Assembly (NCBI GenBank): GCA_025594325.1
Contig: JANHCV010000004.1
Span: 1,178,001 to 1,242,000 of the forward strand
DNA length: 64,000 nucleotides
From: Blastocladiella emersonii ATCC 22665
Taxonomy: Eukaryota > Fungi > Blastocladiomycota
Direction: 5' to 3'
This document shows, in pieces, positions 12,901 to 23,998 of the stretch. The notes under the pieces were generated by a model that did no database searches, was not told the DNA's origin, and saw nothing but the letters and a program-made list of their open reading frames with translations. Position 1 is the first letter of the stretch. Each line of letters starts with the position of its first letter. The position numbers and the translations under genes are program-made.

Positions 12901-13988
12901 CATGATCGCTCGCCCGCGTCGACGCTTGTCTCGCCAACTCCAGGCTCGCGGCCCGTCCGCATCGGCAACGCGGCGTCGAGCCATCTGCAGCTCGACATTT
13001 ACGGCGCGCTGCTCGACTCGATCTACCTCATGGTACGCCAACTCTTCCTGTTCACGAGTCGCGGACCGACTGATACGAGATCATGCGACAACAGAACAAG
13101 TTCTCGTCGCCCGTCGGCATCGACATGTGGGTCGTGTGCTCGCAGCTCGTCAACTTTGTGTGCCGCAACTGGCGGCGGCCGGACATGTCGATCTGGGAGG
13201 TGCGCGGCACGCCCATGCACTTTGTCTACTCGAAAGTCATGTGCTGGGTCGCCGTGGACCGCGGACTGCGGCTCGCCGAGAAGCGCGTGTTCCCGTGCCC
13301 GGACCGCGACATGTGGACGGCGACGCGCGACGCCATCTACCTCGAGATCCTCGAAAAGGGGTGGAACAAGGACGGCCAGTATTTCCAGCAGGCGTACGAG
13401 AACCCGGTGCTCGACAGCTCGGTGCTCATCATGCCGCTCGTCTTCTTCATGTCGCCGACGGACCCGCGCATGCTGTCGACCATGGCCGCGATCCTGCGCG
13501 TCCCCGAAAAGGGCGGGCTCACGTCCAACAACCTCGTGCACCGGTACCTCGTCAACGTGGTCGACGACGGGCTCAAGACGGGCGAGGGTACGTTTTCTCG
13601 ATTGTGGCCGCCGAGTCGAGCCTCGACACTGACCGAGAGCATGCGTCACGGCGCAGGCTCCTTCACCATGTGCACCTTCTGGTTGATCGAGTGCCTCTGC
13701 CGCGCGGTACGCTTCTTCTATGTTCGCAGCCACCAACCACTTGCTCATCTGACCGAGATTCACCCCCTCTAGGGCCGCTACGTTCCCAAATACCTCGCGC
13801 GCGCTCTGTACACGTTCGACCAGACGCTCGCGTACGGGAACCACCTGCTCCTCTTCTCCGAGGAGATCTCGACGGCCGGCGAGCTCGCGGGCAACTTCCC
13901 GCAGGCCTTCACCCACATTGCGCTCATCTCGAGCGCTTTCAACCTCGACCGCGTGCTCGGCCACCGGTCGGGCAGCGACCTGATCTGA
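10000..13988 (+). CDS. Glycoside hydrolase family 15 (glucoamylase/trehalase-like six-hairpin glycosidase), many introns, with low-complexity insertions
   Basis: [23 protein letters not shown]; [12 protein letters not shown]; [15 protein letters not shown]; [15 protein letters not shown]; [10 protein letters not shown]; [13 protein letters not shown]; [16 protein letters not shown]; FSEEI...[19 protein letters not shown]. Confidence 0.93.
12885..12907. repeat. (TGATCA)x3.8 palindromic-hexamer microsatellite inside a GH15 intron
   Basis: Sequence tgatcatgatcatgatcatgatc is read directly. Confidence 0.9.
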
Positions 13989-14192
13989 TTTTTCTCGGTG
14001 TCGATAATGAGTTCAAACAAATCGAAAGGAAGCAGCAGTCTTGTAAATACATTTTCAAGTGTCGACCTGCCTCGAAAATTTGATGGCCCTTGATCCGCAC
14101 GTGCGCGTGTCCTCGACGTGTCGTGTGGCTCGTCAGAGCGACGAGCGGCACCAACTTTCGCTCTCTGTGCCCCCTACTGCTACGCTAAACGA

Positions 14193-15901
14193 ATGGATTA
14201 TTTTTCACACGACTTGTCGCATTCGCTTGCGGCCATGCCGGAGACCGTGCTTGACGCGCTTCAGCCCTTCCTCGGCCCAATCGAGACCACGCGCCTCCGC
14301 GCAACTTGCCGCAGCCTCGCCAAGCTCTCAGTGACTTCCTTCGCTCCCGAGCGCCTCAAGTGGTACCTCGACCATAACAGGCATCGCTGGGCCATGGATC
14401 CTCATACGGGCGGCCCGCTTCTTGATGCTCGAGGCGAGCGCGCCTCTGTCCTGAGCCAGCTGCTCGATTCGCCGCTCGTTGATCCTCTTGCCAAAGACGG
14501 CCGTGCGCTCCTGCTGGCTGCTACCCACGGCGACGTTGCCGTTGTTCGACGCTATCTTGTGGATCCCGAAACGCGCTTCCCGCATCTGTCCGAGGACACA
14601 AAGACCGCTTTCAAGGATTTCAAACGGATGTCTGATCTGTGCTCGAGTGCCTTCAACGCTCTCACCGATGCAGCCGACCAGCTTTCAACTAGCGAGCACG
14701 GTATTCAATGCGCGCACCAGATTCTTCGCCTGCTGGTCGCGCATGGACTTGCGGACTGGAGCCAGGTCGCGCTGGCTCACTACAATTTGTTCCACTCCTC
14801 ACTTACGGACCAGGGCTCGGAGCTCGAGCCGCTTCCCCGCTTCGATCTTTCACAAGCCGAGTTCTCGGACGTTGCCCGTTTTCGTGTCCCCGCGTTGCGC
14901 CTGCGACTCTTTGACGTCGAGAAGGCTCGACTGGCCTCCGAGCTCTGCGTTTCAACAATCATTGGCGATGCCGAGCGTGTCGCGGCCGCACTGCCGCACA
15001 TGTGCGATGACGACGAGGACTACTCGGGCCCCGAGTGGCGCGACGTGTGCACGGACGCCGTCTACCTTGCGCTTCACGGCGACCAAGATCGTGTCCTGTT
15101 CGAATTCACTCGCCCTGGCCGTGATAGCATTGTTGACCTGGCCGGATACTGTTTGCCCGAGGCCGCAACGTATCCCAATGGTCAAGCATCCGCTTTGCTC
15201 TCTATGGCGATTCGTTTGCGCGCGGTCAAGTGTGTTCGCCATCTCAGCATCGTCGTTTCTCGCAACATGCCATCGCGAATCCTTGCCGAGGCGTTCGAGT
15301 CCAAGGACCCCGAGCTTGTCCGTAATTTAATGGGCGCAATCCTCAAGCTCGAGGCCGAGGAGCGCTCCCCTGAATCCGACGAGCTACTTGCAAAACTTCG
15401 TTCGATGAGTCGTAGCCAGCGAGACCAGAACCAGTTGTCACTTTCATCCCTCGAGCACTTGCGCACTTCATTCTCGAACACACCGAGCTTCCGCTCGACC
15501 TCGTTTGCATCATCGTCGAGCTTACGCCCAAGTACGCCTTGCTCGCAACCGACCTGTACTTTGGCGCCGTCATCGTTTCTGGACTCATCGATGTCAAAGC
15601 CGAATCGTTGCTGCGACTGCTTGTCGATTATGACGGTTTCGAGACCATCGTGCGTGCTTCGACCGAAGATGGAGAACTGCCCCAAGGTGATCCCGTTCGC
15701 TGGCTTCTTGATGTGACCGGGTTGACTGGTGGCCTAGGACCCTTCACCGAGGCCGCTCAAGTCCCGGTCGACAAATTGGCTGCTATTAGTGCAATGTTCA
15801 ACGGGATTACCCTCGCGGACGACTACGGGCCGCGCGTTCCGCGGACTATGATTTACGCTGGCCGAGGTCGCGGTTGGGTTCCGTACCAGGACTGGGCGTG
15901 A
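14193..15901 (+). CDS. F-box-like plus ankyrin-repeat protein, probably joined by an intron (15322-15419) or a frameshift to a C-terminal F-box-like/unknown domain
   Basis: ORF 14118..15716 contains LAAMPETVLDALQPFLGPIETTRLRATCRSL (F-box-like) and DPLAKDGRALLLAATHGDVAVVRRYL (ankyrin-like). After ~15420 this frame becomes Ser-rich and looks non-coding, while another frame (15417-15901) encodes a domain conserved in the copy at 16.1-16.7 kb. Confidence 0.6.
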
Positions 15902-16028
15902 GCGCGCTGTGGCAGAGCGCGAGCGTTGTCTTTTGTTCTCAAAGATCATACCATACTGATTCGATGTTTCATTCGGTTGTTGGAAATGTGTCTCGAGTTT
16001 CGGCAGGATTGACCTCATCGTGCACCTT

Positions 16029-16680
16029 ATGGTCCGCGGTGACCGCGAGCCTAGTCTTTCGCTGCTGAATCGACTCGGGTCCAACTGTATTACTGACAGT
16101 GCTGGATACAGTCTCCCAGCTCGAGCCTGACGACGCTTGGGTAAACTCGAATGTTGTAGCACAGTTGAATGGCCAGCGAGCCCCGAACAAGACGATTGCC
16201 TCGCTTCCCGAAGCGCTAGTACACTACAACTTTCATGCAGACCAGCTCCCAATTGGCTTGGTCCGCATCATCATTGAACTCACGCCGAGGTCAGTGCCGC
16301 TCGCGACCAACGCTTATTATGGCGCGGTAATTATCGCTGGACTGATTGACGCCGAGGCCGAGTCGCTACTGCGGCTGCTTGTTGATTACGATGGGTTCCA
16401 GTACATTCTCCGCGCCTCGACCGACGACGGCGAGCTTCCTTTGGGCGATCCCGTTCGCTGGCTCCTGGACGTAACGGGATCGAAAGGCGGCCTTGGGCCA
16501 TTCACTCGACCCGCTGAGACCATGTTGATACACGATTATTGTCCTGTGTTGGGAGTGAAATACGCTCCTCCGCGCGTCATGATGTATGCCGGCCGAGGTC
16601 GCGGCTGGGTGGCCTACGACAAGGTTGCCTGGGTGGTGTGGGACGCTCCGGCAACGATCCTGCTTTGTTTCCTTCTATAA
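16029..16680 (+). CDS. Paralog of the 15417-15901 domain (F-box-like motif plus unknown ~120-aa domain); probable 2-exon gene
   Basis: LPIGLVRIIIELTP...YYGAVIIAGLIDAEAESLLRLLVDYDGF...GDPVRWLLDVTG...GGLGPF...MYAGRGRGWV aligns with the upstream copy. Putative ATG at 16029 with an intron at 16039-16099 (GTGACC...CTGACAG); the donor is weak. Confidence 0.6.
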
Positions 16681-17320
16681 TCGTCCAACTCAACCAATAA
16701 TTCATGTTAGGCGAAGGTCGATAAGAAAAATGCTTCGTTTGCTTCGTCTGGCAGGGTCAGGCATGCCCGAGAGTGATCCATCAGCTGCGGGTAACCTTGC
16801 AACAACTCGGGCAGCTTCCGCGCCCCTGCCGCTCGTCCGATCACAACAAGTGCTGATATTGCACGAAGTGGTGTAACATTTATCACTAGTTCTATTGCGT
16901 ACTGTGAGCGCCTGGCGCGATGCAGTGATGTCATCGCGGTCAGCTCAGCATCGACGCGTCGCGAAATCACGTTTTGTCTCCGCCGCGGTGCGAGACGTGT
17001 CGGTTCCGCTCGAACCCACTCGCGTATCATCCCCCACCCTCCTCCGAGACTATCCCGGCGCCCACCGGGCGCCCTAGTTGCTCGGCGCGAGGGTATCCCG
17101 TAGTCCGAGTCGACACTTGGCGCAACGACGAGTGCTCGCTGGCCAACGCATAAAACGCACGCTCACCGACTTTTTCGTCTCGTCGCCTCCGCTCGCCGTG
17201 CCCAAGTCTTGTAGCTGAGGATCTCGCTCAAGATACTGGACATGGCGCCCGTTAACCCTCGCTGTGAACAAGTTTCGTGACGGATCAATATGTGTGCAAT
17301 ATATATATCATCATCCCGTC

Positions 17321-20300
17321 TCACACCCGCTTCTCCGCCGCCGACCCTTCTGCCGCCGACGCGACAGTCCGCGCGGCCTCGCTCCGTGCGCGGGCGAACG
17401 CGAGCGACGAGACGAGCGCGCCGCCATCTCCCGCAGCACTCCCGCTCGCGACCCCGGCCCGCCGCAGCGCATCGATCGACTCCTGGGTGAGCGCGATCCC
17501 GGCGCGGAACGTGGTGCGGTGCGGCTCGACCTCGTCCTCGGACTCGGCGTCGCTGTGGCCCGAGTCGTCGGGGTCCACACTGTCGTCGTCGGACGAAGAC
17601 GTGTCCGGCTCACTGTGCTCGAGCCCCGCGGTCGCCGTCGACAGCGAGACGGGTCCGCCGCGGCTCACGGACGCGGCAGAGGCGGAGGGCACGCCGGCGG
17701 CGTCGTCAAAGTCGGCGTCGCTGCTGGACGTAGTCCCGTCGCCGCCGCCCTCGACCTCGAGCGTGTTGAACACGGCGGCCGCGGCGCGGACGGGCGTTGC
17801 GACGCGCGCGGGGATCGGGTCGCGCGGGAGCGGCGGGACGGGCGGGAGCGCCGAGGACGACGGCGTCGACGACATGGCGTACATGCTGCGGACGCGCGGG
17901 ATCGAGGCGGCGGCAGCCGGCGCGCTGGCGACTGAGGACGCCGACCGGCGGCCCGCCGAGCCGGGCGTCGTCATGGGCGACCCGGGGGTCGACGCGGACC
18001 GGGTGAGCTGCGCGGCGGACGCCGTCGACACGGGCCGAGGCCGCGCACCACCGCGACCCACGGCGCTCGCGGGCGGCGTGACCGGCGGGACCGGCACCGG
18101 GGCAGCCGAACTCGCTGCCGTCGGCGTCACCGCGCGGGACCGCGGGCGGGCAGCGGCCATGGCGAGACGGGTACGCAGGTCCGCGTTCTCGGCGCCGACG
18201 CGGGCGGCGTACCGGGCGAGGTCGCGGCACCGCTGGTCGTAGGTGCGCGGGCGCACGTGGAACTGCAGGACGAGTGTGCCGCGGGGGCTGAGCAGGCCGT
18301 CGCGGTGCAGGCGGTCGAGCGGGTAGAAGCGGTTGTAGCCCCAGCACTCGCCCGTTGTGAAGGTGCTGGCGAACTCGCGCGTGACGCCGGCGACGAGCGC
18401 GGAGGCGGCAGCGGCGGGCGGAGGGGTCGGGGCCGAGTCGGGGCGGGTGGCGGGGGTCGCGCTCGACGACGCGGCCGACGCGGACGAGGACGACGCAGCC
18501 GCCTTGGCGTCCGCGACGTCGTCGACGGGGTGCGACGCGATAGGCGTGGACGCGGGCGACGCCTTGTTGGGCCGGGCGGCCTCGACGTTAGCCGGCGCGG
18601 GCGCGGTGGGCTGGGCCATGAGCACGATCTTGTACTGGTACTCGACGCTCTCGCCGGGGGCGAGGCCGTCGATGAGCTCGACGAAGATGGAGAGGCACTC
18701 GCCGCGGGCCTGGCCGTTGCCGACGGGGTACACCTTGAGGCGCCACGTGAGCCCGCCGACGACGACGTGCGGGCTGTAGAAGACCTGGCCGGTGACGGCG
18801 TGGGTCTCGTACTCGCGCATGACGATCTCGGCGACCTCGAACGGCGGGACGAGCGGGTTGTCGAGGGTGTCGAGGACGGGCGCCTGGATCGTGGTGGAGA
18901 CGAGCGGGAGCTGCGCGCCCTGGAGCTGCGCGAGGAGGGCGGCCGACTGGCTGAGCAGGGTGGTGCGCGGGAGCTCCTTGATGACCTCGGTGACGCTAGC
19001 GGCGACCGACTGCACGTGCAGGATGTGGTTTTCGAACTGGTCCTTTTCGGCGAGCAGCGCCGTGGCGTTGGCCTGGACCTGGTCGTCGAGGTGCTTGGCG
19101 GCGAGCGAGGTCACGGACGCGAGCTCGTCCTGGGCGCGCTCGCGGACCTGGTCGAGCGCCTCGAGCCGCGCGTCGACGGCGCCGAGCGAGTCCTGGTACT
19201 GGCGCACCTGCGCGACGACCGCGTCCGTCGACTGCCGCAGCCGCTCGACGTGCTCGGCGTACACCTTGTCGAGGTGCTTGAACTCGTGCCCGCGGTGCGC
19301 GTCGCCGAACATGGCGCAGTCCGAGCAGATCGGGTCCGCGCACGTCAGGCAGTAGTAGTACAGCGGCGCGCCGTGCGACCCGCACACCTCGACGTCCTTG
19401 CCGCCGCTGCTGCTACTGCCGCCCTTGGACGAATGCGGACCCTTGTCGGCGGCGGACGAGGCGGTAGCCTTGCCCTTACCCTTACCGTTAGTCGACTCGG
19501 ACCCGTCGGATGGCGACGGCGAGGCGAGGTCGCGGCTGACCTCGGCGGCGAGCGACTTGAGCTGGGACTGCAGCTCGTCCACGAACCGGCACTGCACGAG
19601 CTGCGAGACGAAGAGGTGGGTGCGGCAGTGCGGGCACTCGCGCTTCGACTCGGTGATCCATTTCTGTGCGAGAAAAGCGTTAGAGAACGTGTCCGTGTGC
19701 GCTAGATGTCCGTGAATGACGTACCTTGAGACACCCCTCGCACGCCATCTTGGAGCAGGACGGGCACATGACGGCGCGCTCGAGGTGGCCGAGGCAGATG
19801 AAGCACCGGAGCAAGTCCTCGACCGCCGCAAAGGACGTGGGCCGCGTCGGCGACAGGTCGATCTGGCGCGTCGCCGCAGCCGCCGCCGCGGACGACGATG
19901 ACGGGCCGGGGCGCGAGTCGGCGGTCCCGGCATCGATAACCGGCGTCTCGACGACGCGCGGCATCACACGGCGTACGCGGGGCCGTGACGCCGCTGCTGC
20001 CGCTGCCGCTCCCGTTTCGGACGTGAGGTTGAGCGAGACGGGCCGGCGGGACCGCGCAGTGGCGGCACCCGGCGCCGCCGCGGAGCCCGAAGGCGGAGCA
20101 CTCGTCGGTGGCAGGCGCGAGGCGAGCAACGGGTTGGTGAGCGGGGCGGGCGGGTCGAGGTCCGACGCGCTGGACCACGCGCGGCGGGTGGAAGGTGCCT
20201 GGGCGAGCCGCGACGCGCGCTCCGCCGGCTGCGCGGGCGGAGCCGTGGAGAGCCCGAGCGACGACAGCCCGCGGCCAATCGTCGTCGCGGACACGCGGGC

Positions 20301-21682
20301 CTCGTGCAGGCGGCGGCGCGCCGCGGACTCGCGGTCACCGAGATCGAGAGCGGCGGCCGTCTGGGCCGCACGGCGCGGCGGCGACATGAGCCGCGGCGAG
20401 GCAGGGCCCGTCGACGGGGTCGAAGGAGGCGCCGCGTCGGACGACGCGCTTGTGGTGCGGTTGCGGTAGCGGGTGCGGTGGCGCGACAGGCCGTCGGGCG
20501 ACGAGATGGGCGAGGCGATGCCGTCGACGTCGTCATCAGCGGCGTCGTCGTAGCCGCCCCAGCGCCGCGTCGGGACGTATTCGGGCGGCAGCGGCCGCGG
20601 CGTGGCGGTAGCGGCGGTGGTGGTCGCCGACCCGGTCAGGCGCGCGCGGCGCTGGGCGTCGGAGGCCTTGCGCAGCGACTGGGTGGTGGAGCGCATGGTG
20701 CTGACGAGGTGCGAGAAGCGGGCGAGTTCCGAGTCGACGACGGCCGCGCCGCCGTTGCCGTCGCGGCGCGGGGTCGACGGGCTCGCGGTCGACGGACTCG
20801 GGGTCGGCGAAGCGACTGCACTCGCGCTCGCGCGGGCGGCACGGAGGGCGGCCTGGCGCGCGCGCACGTCGTGGGCGTCGAAGAGGAACTGGCGGTCAAA
20901 GTACTCGTCGTTGTCGTAGACGGCGGCGAGCTCGGGGTCCATGTCGCTGACGTTGAAGCGGTTCATGAAGTCGACGACGAGCTCCGAGTCGATGGCGCCG
21001 TCATCGTCCTCGTCGTCGTCACTCGCGTCCTCCTCCCACTCGCTCTCGCTGCTACTGCCGGTGCTCGAGTCGGCACCGTGGGCGAGGAACGGGTTGGCGC
21101 CGTCGAGTCCGGCGGCGCGGGCCTCGCGGGCGTTCAGGTCGGCGAGCGCAATCTCGTTGCTACGAACGCGGTGAGGTTGGTTAGATCAGGCGCATGCACG
21201 GATGTATGCGCCGAGCCGTACCTCTGCGATGACGGAGTCCATCCAACGCGGGCCGCCCGCGAGTGGTCGCGGTCGCGCGAGTGATCCCCATGGCCGGGCG
21301 CGACGGCGGGCGAATCGGCGCGCGACGTGGGACCGGTACTCTGGTCCCCGGCTTCGACCGAGTCGTCGTCCGAGTCGTCGTCGTTGGCGGGCAGCTCGAG
21401 GCCGTGCGGCAGGTACAGCTCGTCGCCGTCGCTGAACATGTACTCCATGTCGGGCCCGAGCGGCGGCGGCGGGAAGTAGCGGCGGGCGGCGGTTGCGGTG
21501 GCCGCGGTGGCCGAGATGCGAGCGTCCCGCCTGGCCGCGAGGCGGTCGAGGCGGTCGCGGAGGGCGGCGTCCAGGTCCGCGACGGCGTCGCGCATGGACT
21601 GGCGGTCGCTGCTGCTGCCGCCGCTGCCGTTGGCAGGTGCCACTGCGCGGTCGAGCGAGGCCCTGGCCGGATTGCGATCCAT
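17321..21682 (-). CDS. TRIM37: TRIM37-like E3 ligase (RING, B-box, coiled coil, MATH) with a long disordered N-terminal extension; 2 introns
   Basis: RING: LLRCFICLGHLERAVMCPSCSKMACEGCLK|KWITESKRECPHCR...LVQCRFVDEL. B-box: CGSHGAPLYYYCLTCADPICSDCAMFGDAHRGHEF. MATH: VFYSPHVVVGGLTWRLKVYPVGNG...LSIFVEL, FTTGECWGYNRFYPL. Confidence 0.88.
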
Positions 21683-22066
21683 GGGTGGCGGTGGTGACTC
21701 CGGATGGTCGAGCGGGAGAGGAGAGAGAGAGAGGGCGGAATCCGCGGACGGGAGGGCGAGTGCGATCGTGGCGGCGCAGGCGGCGACCTCTTGAAACGAT
21801 TCGAGATGGGGTGGCGTTCTCCCCGACGACGCGCTGCGTTGCAGCTCCCCTCGCTGATCTGCAAGGGACGGATCTCAGGAGGAGGCCGAGGTCGGCGCCG
21901 CCAACGTCGGCCCGCTCGCGCGCGCGAAAGCGGACGCGAGGCTGGGGCCGCATCACCTGACGCTCCGAGGTGGGCCCACGCGACGCCGATGCCGACGCGA
22001 CGCGTCTCGCTGCGAAAGTGTCTCGCGGGAGAGGCAAAACCGTGTATTCCACAACCACCCAGCATC

Positions 22067-23773
22067 TCACGCGGCGGCGGCGTCTTCCGTTGCGGGTTGC
22101 GCGCTGCCGCCCCACAGCTTGAACGTGCGGTCGTACCCTGCGCTGACGAGGTACTCTGCGTCGGGCGACACGTCGATGCCCATGACCTTGCCCGCGTGGC
22201 CCTTGAGCGCCTTGAGGGGCTTGTAGTCGCTGTCCGACCAGATGCTGACGACGCCGTCGAACCCGCCCGACACCAGGAACATGCCCGACGTCCCCGCGCA
22301 CCCGCGGGTGTACTTGCCCGCGTTGGGTCCGCGCAGGTCGCGCGCCGCCGTGGGCAGGCGCGCCGCGGCAAAGTACTTGACCTGCGACACGAGCGACGTG
22401 TGCGCGGGGATCGTGTGCGCGCACCGGACGGCGCGGAGGTCCCACACCTTGATCGTGTTGTCCTCGGACCCGGTCGCGAGGTGGTACCCCGAGACCGGGT
22501 GGAAGTCGGCGGCGAGCACCTGGCGCAGGTGACCCTGCAGGTTCAGCACGTTGCGCCCCGTGCGCAGGTCCCACAGCTTGCCGAGCCCGTCGAGCCCGCC
22601 TGTCGCGACCAGGCTGCCGTCCGGGTGCGCCGCGATGCAGTACACTTGCCGCGCGTGCCCGTCCTGCTCGAGCAGGCTGGCGCCCGTCTCCACGTCCCAC
22701 AGCCGCCACGTCTGGTCGAACGAGGTCGTGGCGAGGAACCGGCCCGACGGGTGGAACGCGATGCGCGACACGCGGTCCGTGTGGCCGACGAGGCTCGCGA
22801 GGGGCGTCTCGCGCCCGTCGAGCGACCACAAGTGCACTGCGTGGTCGGCGCCCCCCGAGGCGAGGTTGCACGCCGACTCGGACTGGCCGACGGTCGCGCG
22901 CGGGTGCCACGCGATTCCGCCGATGCGGTCGCGGTGCGCGCGCAGCTCGCCGAGGGGCTTGCAGTGCGGCACGCTCCACAGCTTGATGGCGCCCGAGAAG
23001 GAGCCCGACGCGAGCGTCTGCGAGTTGGGCGCAAACGACACGTACGACGTGGGCCGCTCGTCGACGATCTGCGACGCCACGGGCGTCCACGTCTTGAGGT
23101 CCGCATACAGGTCGCGCCGCAGCGACTTGTACACGCTCATGGGCGTGTCGAACTCGATCCGCTGTCGCGCAATGCGGCGGCGTGCTCTACACGTGTTGGC
23201 CTCGGTTAGTGGTGATGCTGTGGGAGCCGATGCGCGCAGTCGTACCGGCGCAGCGAGTAGTTGGCCATCCACTGGCGCGCGTGCAGCAGCTCGTCGGTCC
23301 CGGCCGTCCAGTACACTTCCTCCTCCTCGCCCTCGCTGTCCGACTCGTCGTCGAACGTCACCGTCACACCGTCCATCTGGCTGATGAGGTGCCGCAGTCG
23401 GTCGCGTCGTTCTGCTGGCTACACACACGCCCAGACCGAGTCAGTCCCTGCCCTCACACAGCGCTCACACGGGAGAGACGTACCCCTTCGCCGAACAGCG
23501 TGATGGGATGCCCGAGCTCGCGCAGCTTGGCGCGCACCTTGGTGTCGTCGGTCGGCACCGCGATTGACCGCAGCTTCTTGCGCTTCTCGAACTGCTCCAT
23601 GATGGCCGCCTGCTCCGTCTTGGCCTTGGCCATGGCCTCGGACATTTCCTGCTCGTCGACTACACGCGTTGCGACGGTGCGTCAGCGGCGCACGGCGAGA
23701 GCGAGCAAGACGGCGGCAACGGACCAATGTCGTCGAGGTCCATGAGATCGTTGAGGTCCACCGTGTCCGCCAT
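22067..23773 (-). CDS. PRP4: U4/U6 snRNP protein Prp4 (PRP4 motif plus 7 WD40 repeats)
   Basis: [35 protein letters not shown]; [14 protein letters not shown]; [31 protein letters not shown]; LLEQDGH; [15 protein letters not shown]; YDRTFKLW. Confidence 0.95.
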
Positions 23774-23998
23774 GGTGTCGGTGCGTTCGGGTCCAAAAGG
23801 TTGCAGCAAGTCACACTTCACAGATGCATGGCACGCCGGGGCGTGGTCGGTCGGAGTAGAAGATGTGCAGCCGGCGGGATCTCGAAGATCAGACGAGCCG
23901 TCGCGCCCGCTGACCGACGCGCCTGTTGCTGTTGAGCCTCAACAACTCTCCTCTCCCCCCTCGTAAAGACACGTCCGATTATTGCAACGTATCACACC

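Noticed and set aside
16707-17243. Possible small spliced minus-strand gene (MSSILSEILSYKTW... joined to ORF 16707..17030)
   Set aside because: It starts about 80 bp after the TRIM37 stop (probably within its 3' UTR) and has no recognisable motif or codon bias; the splice sites may be chance.
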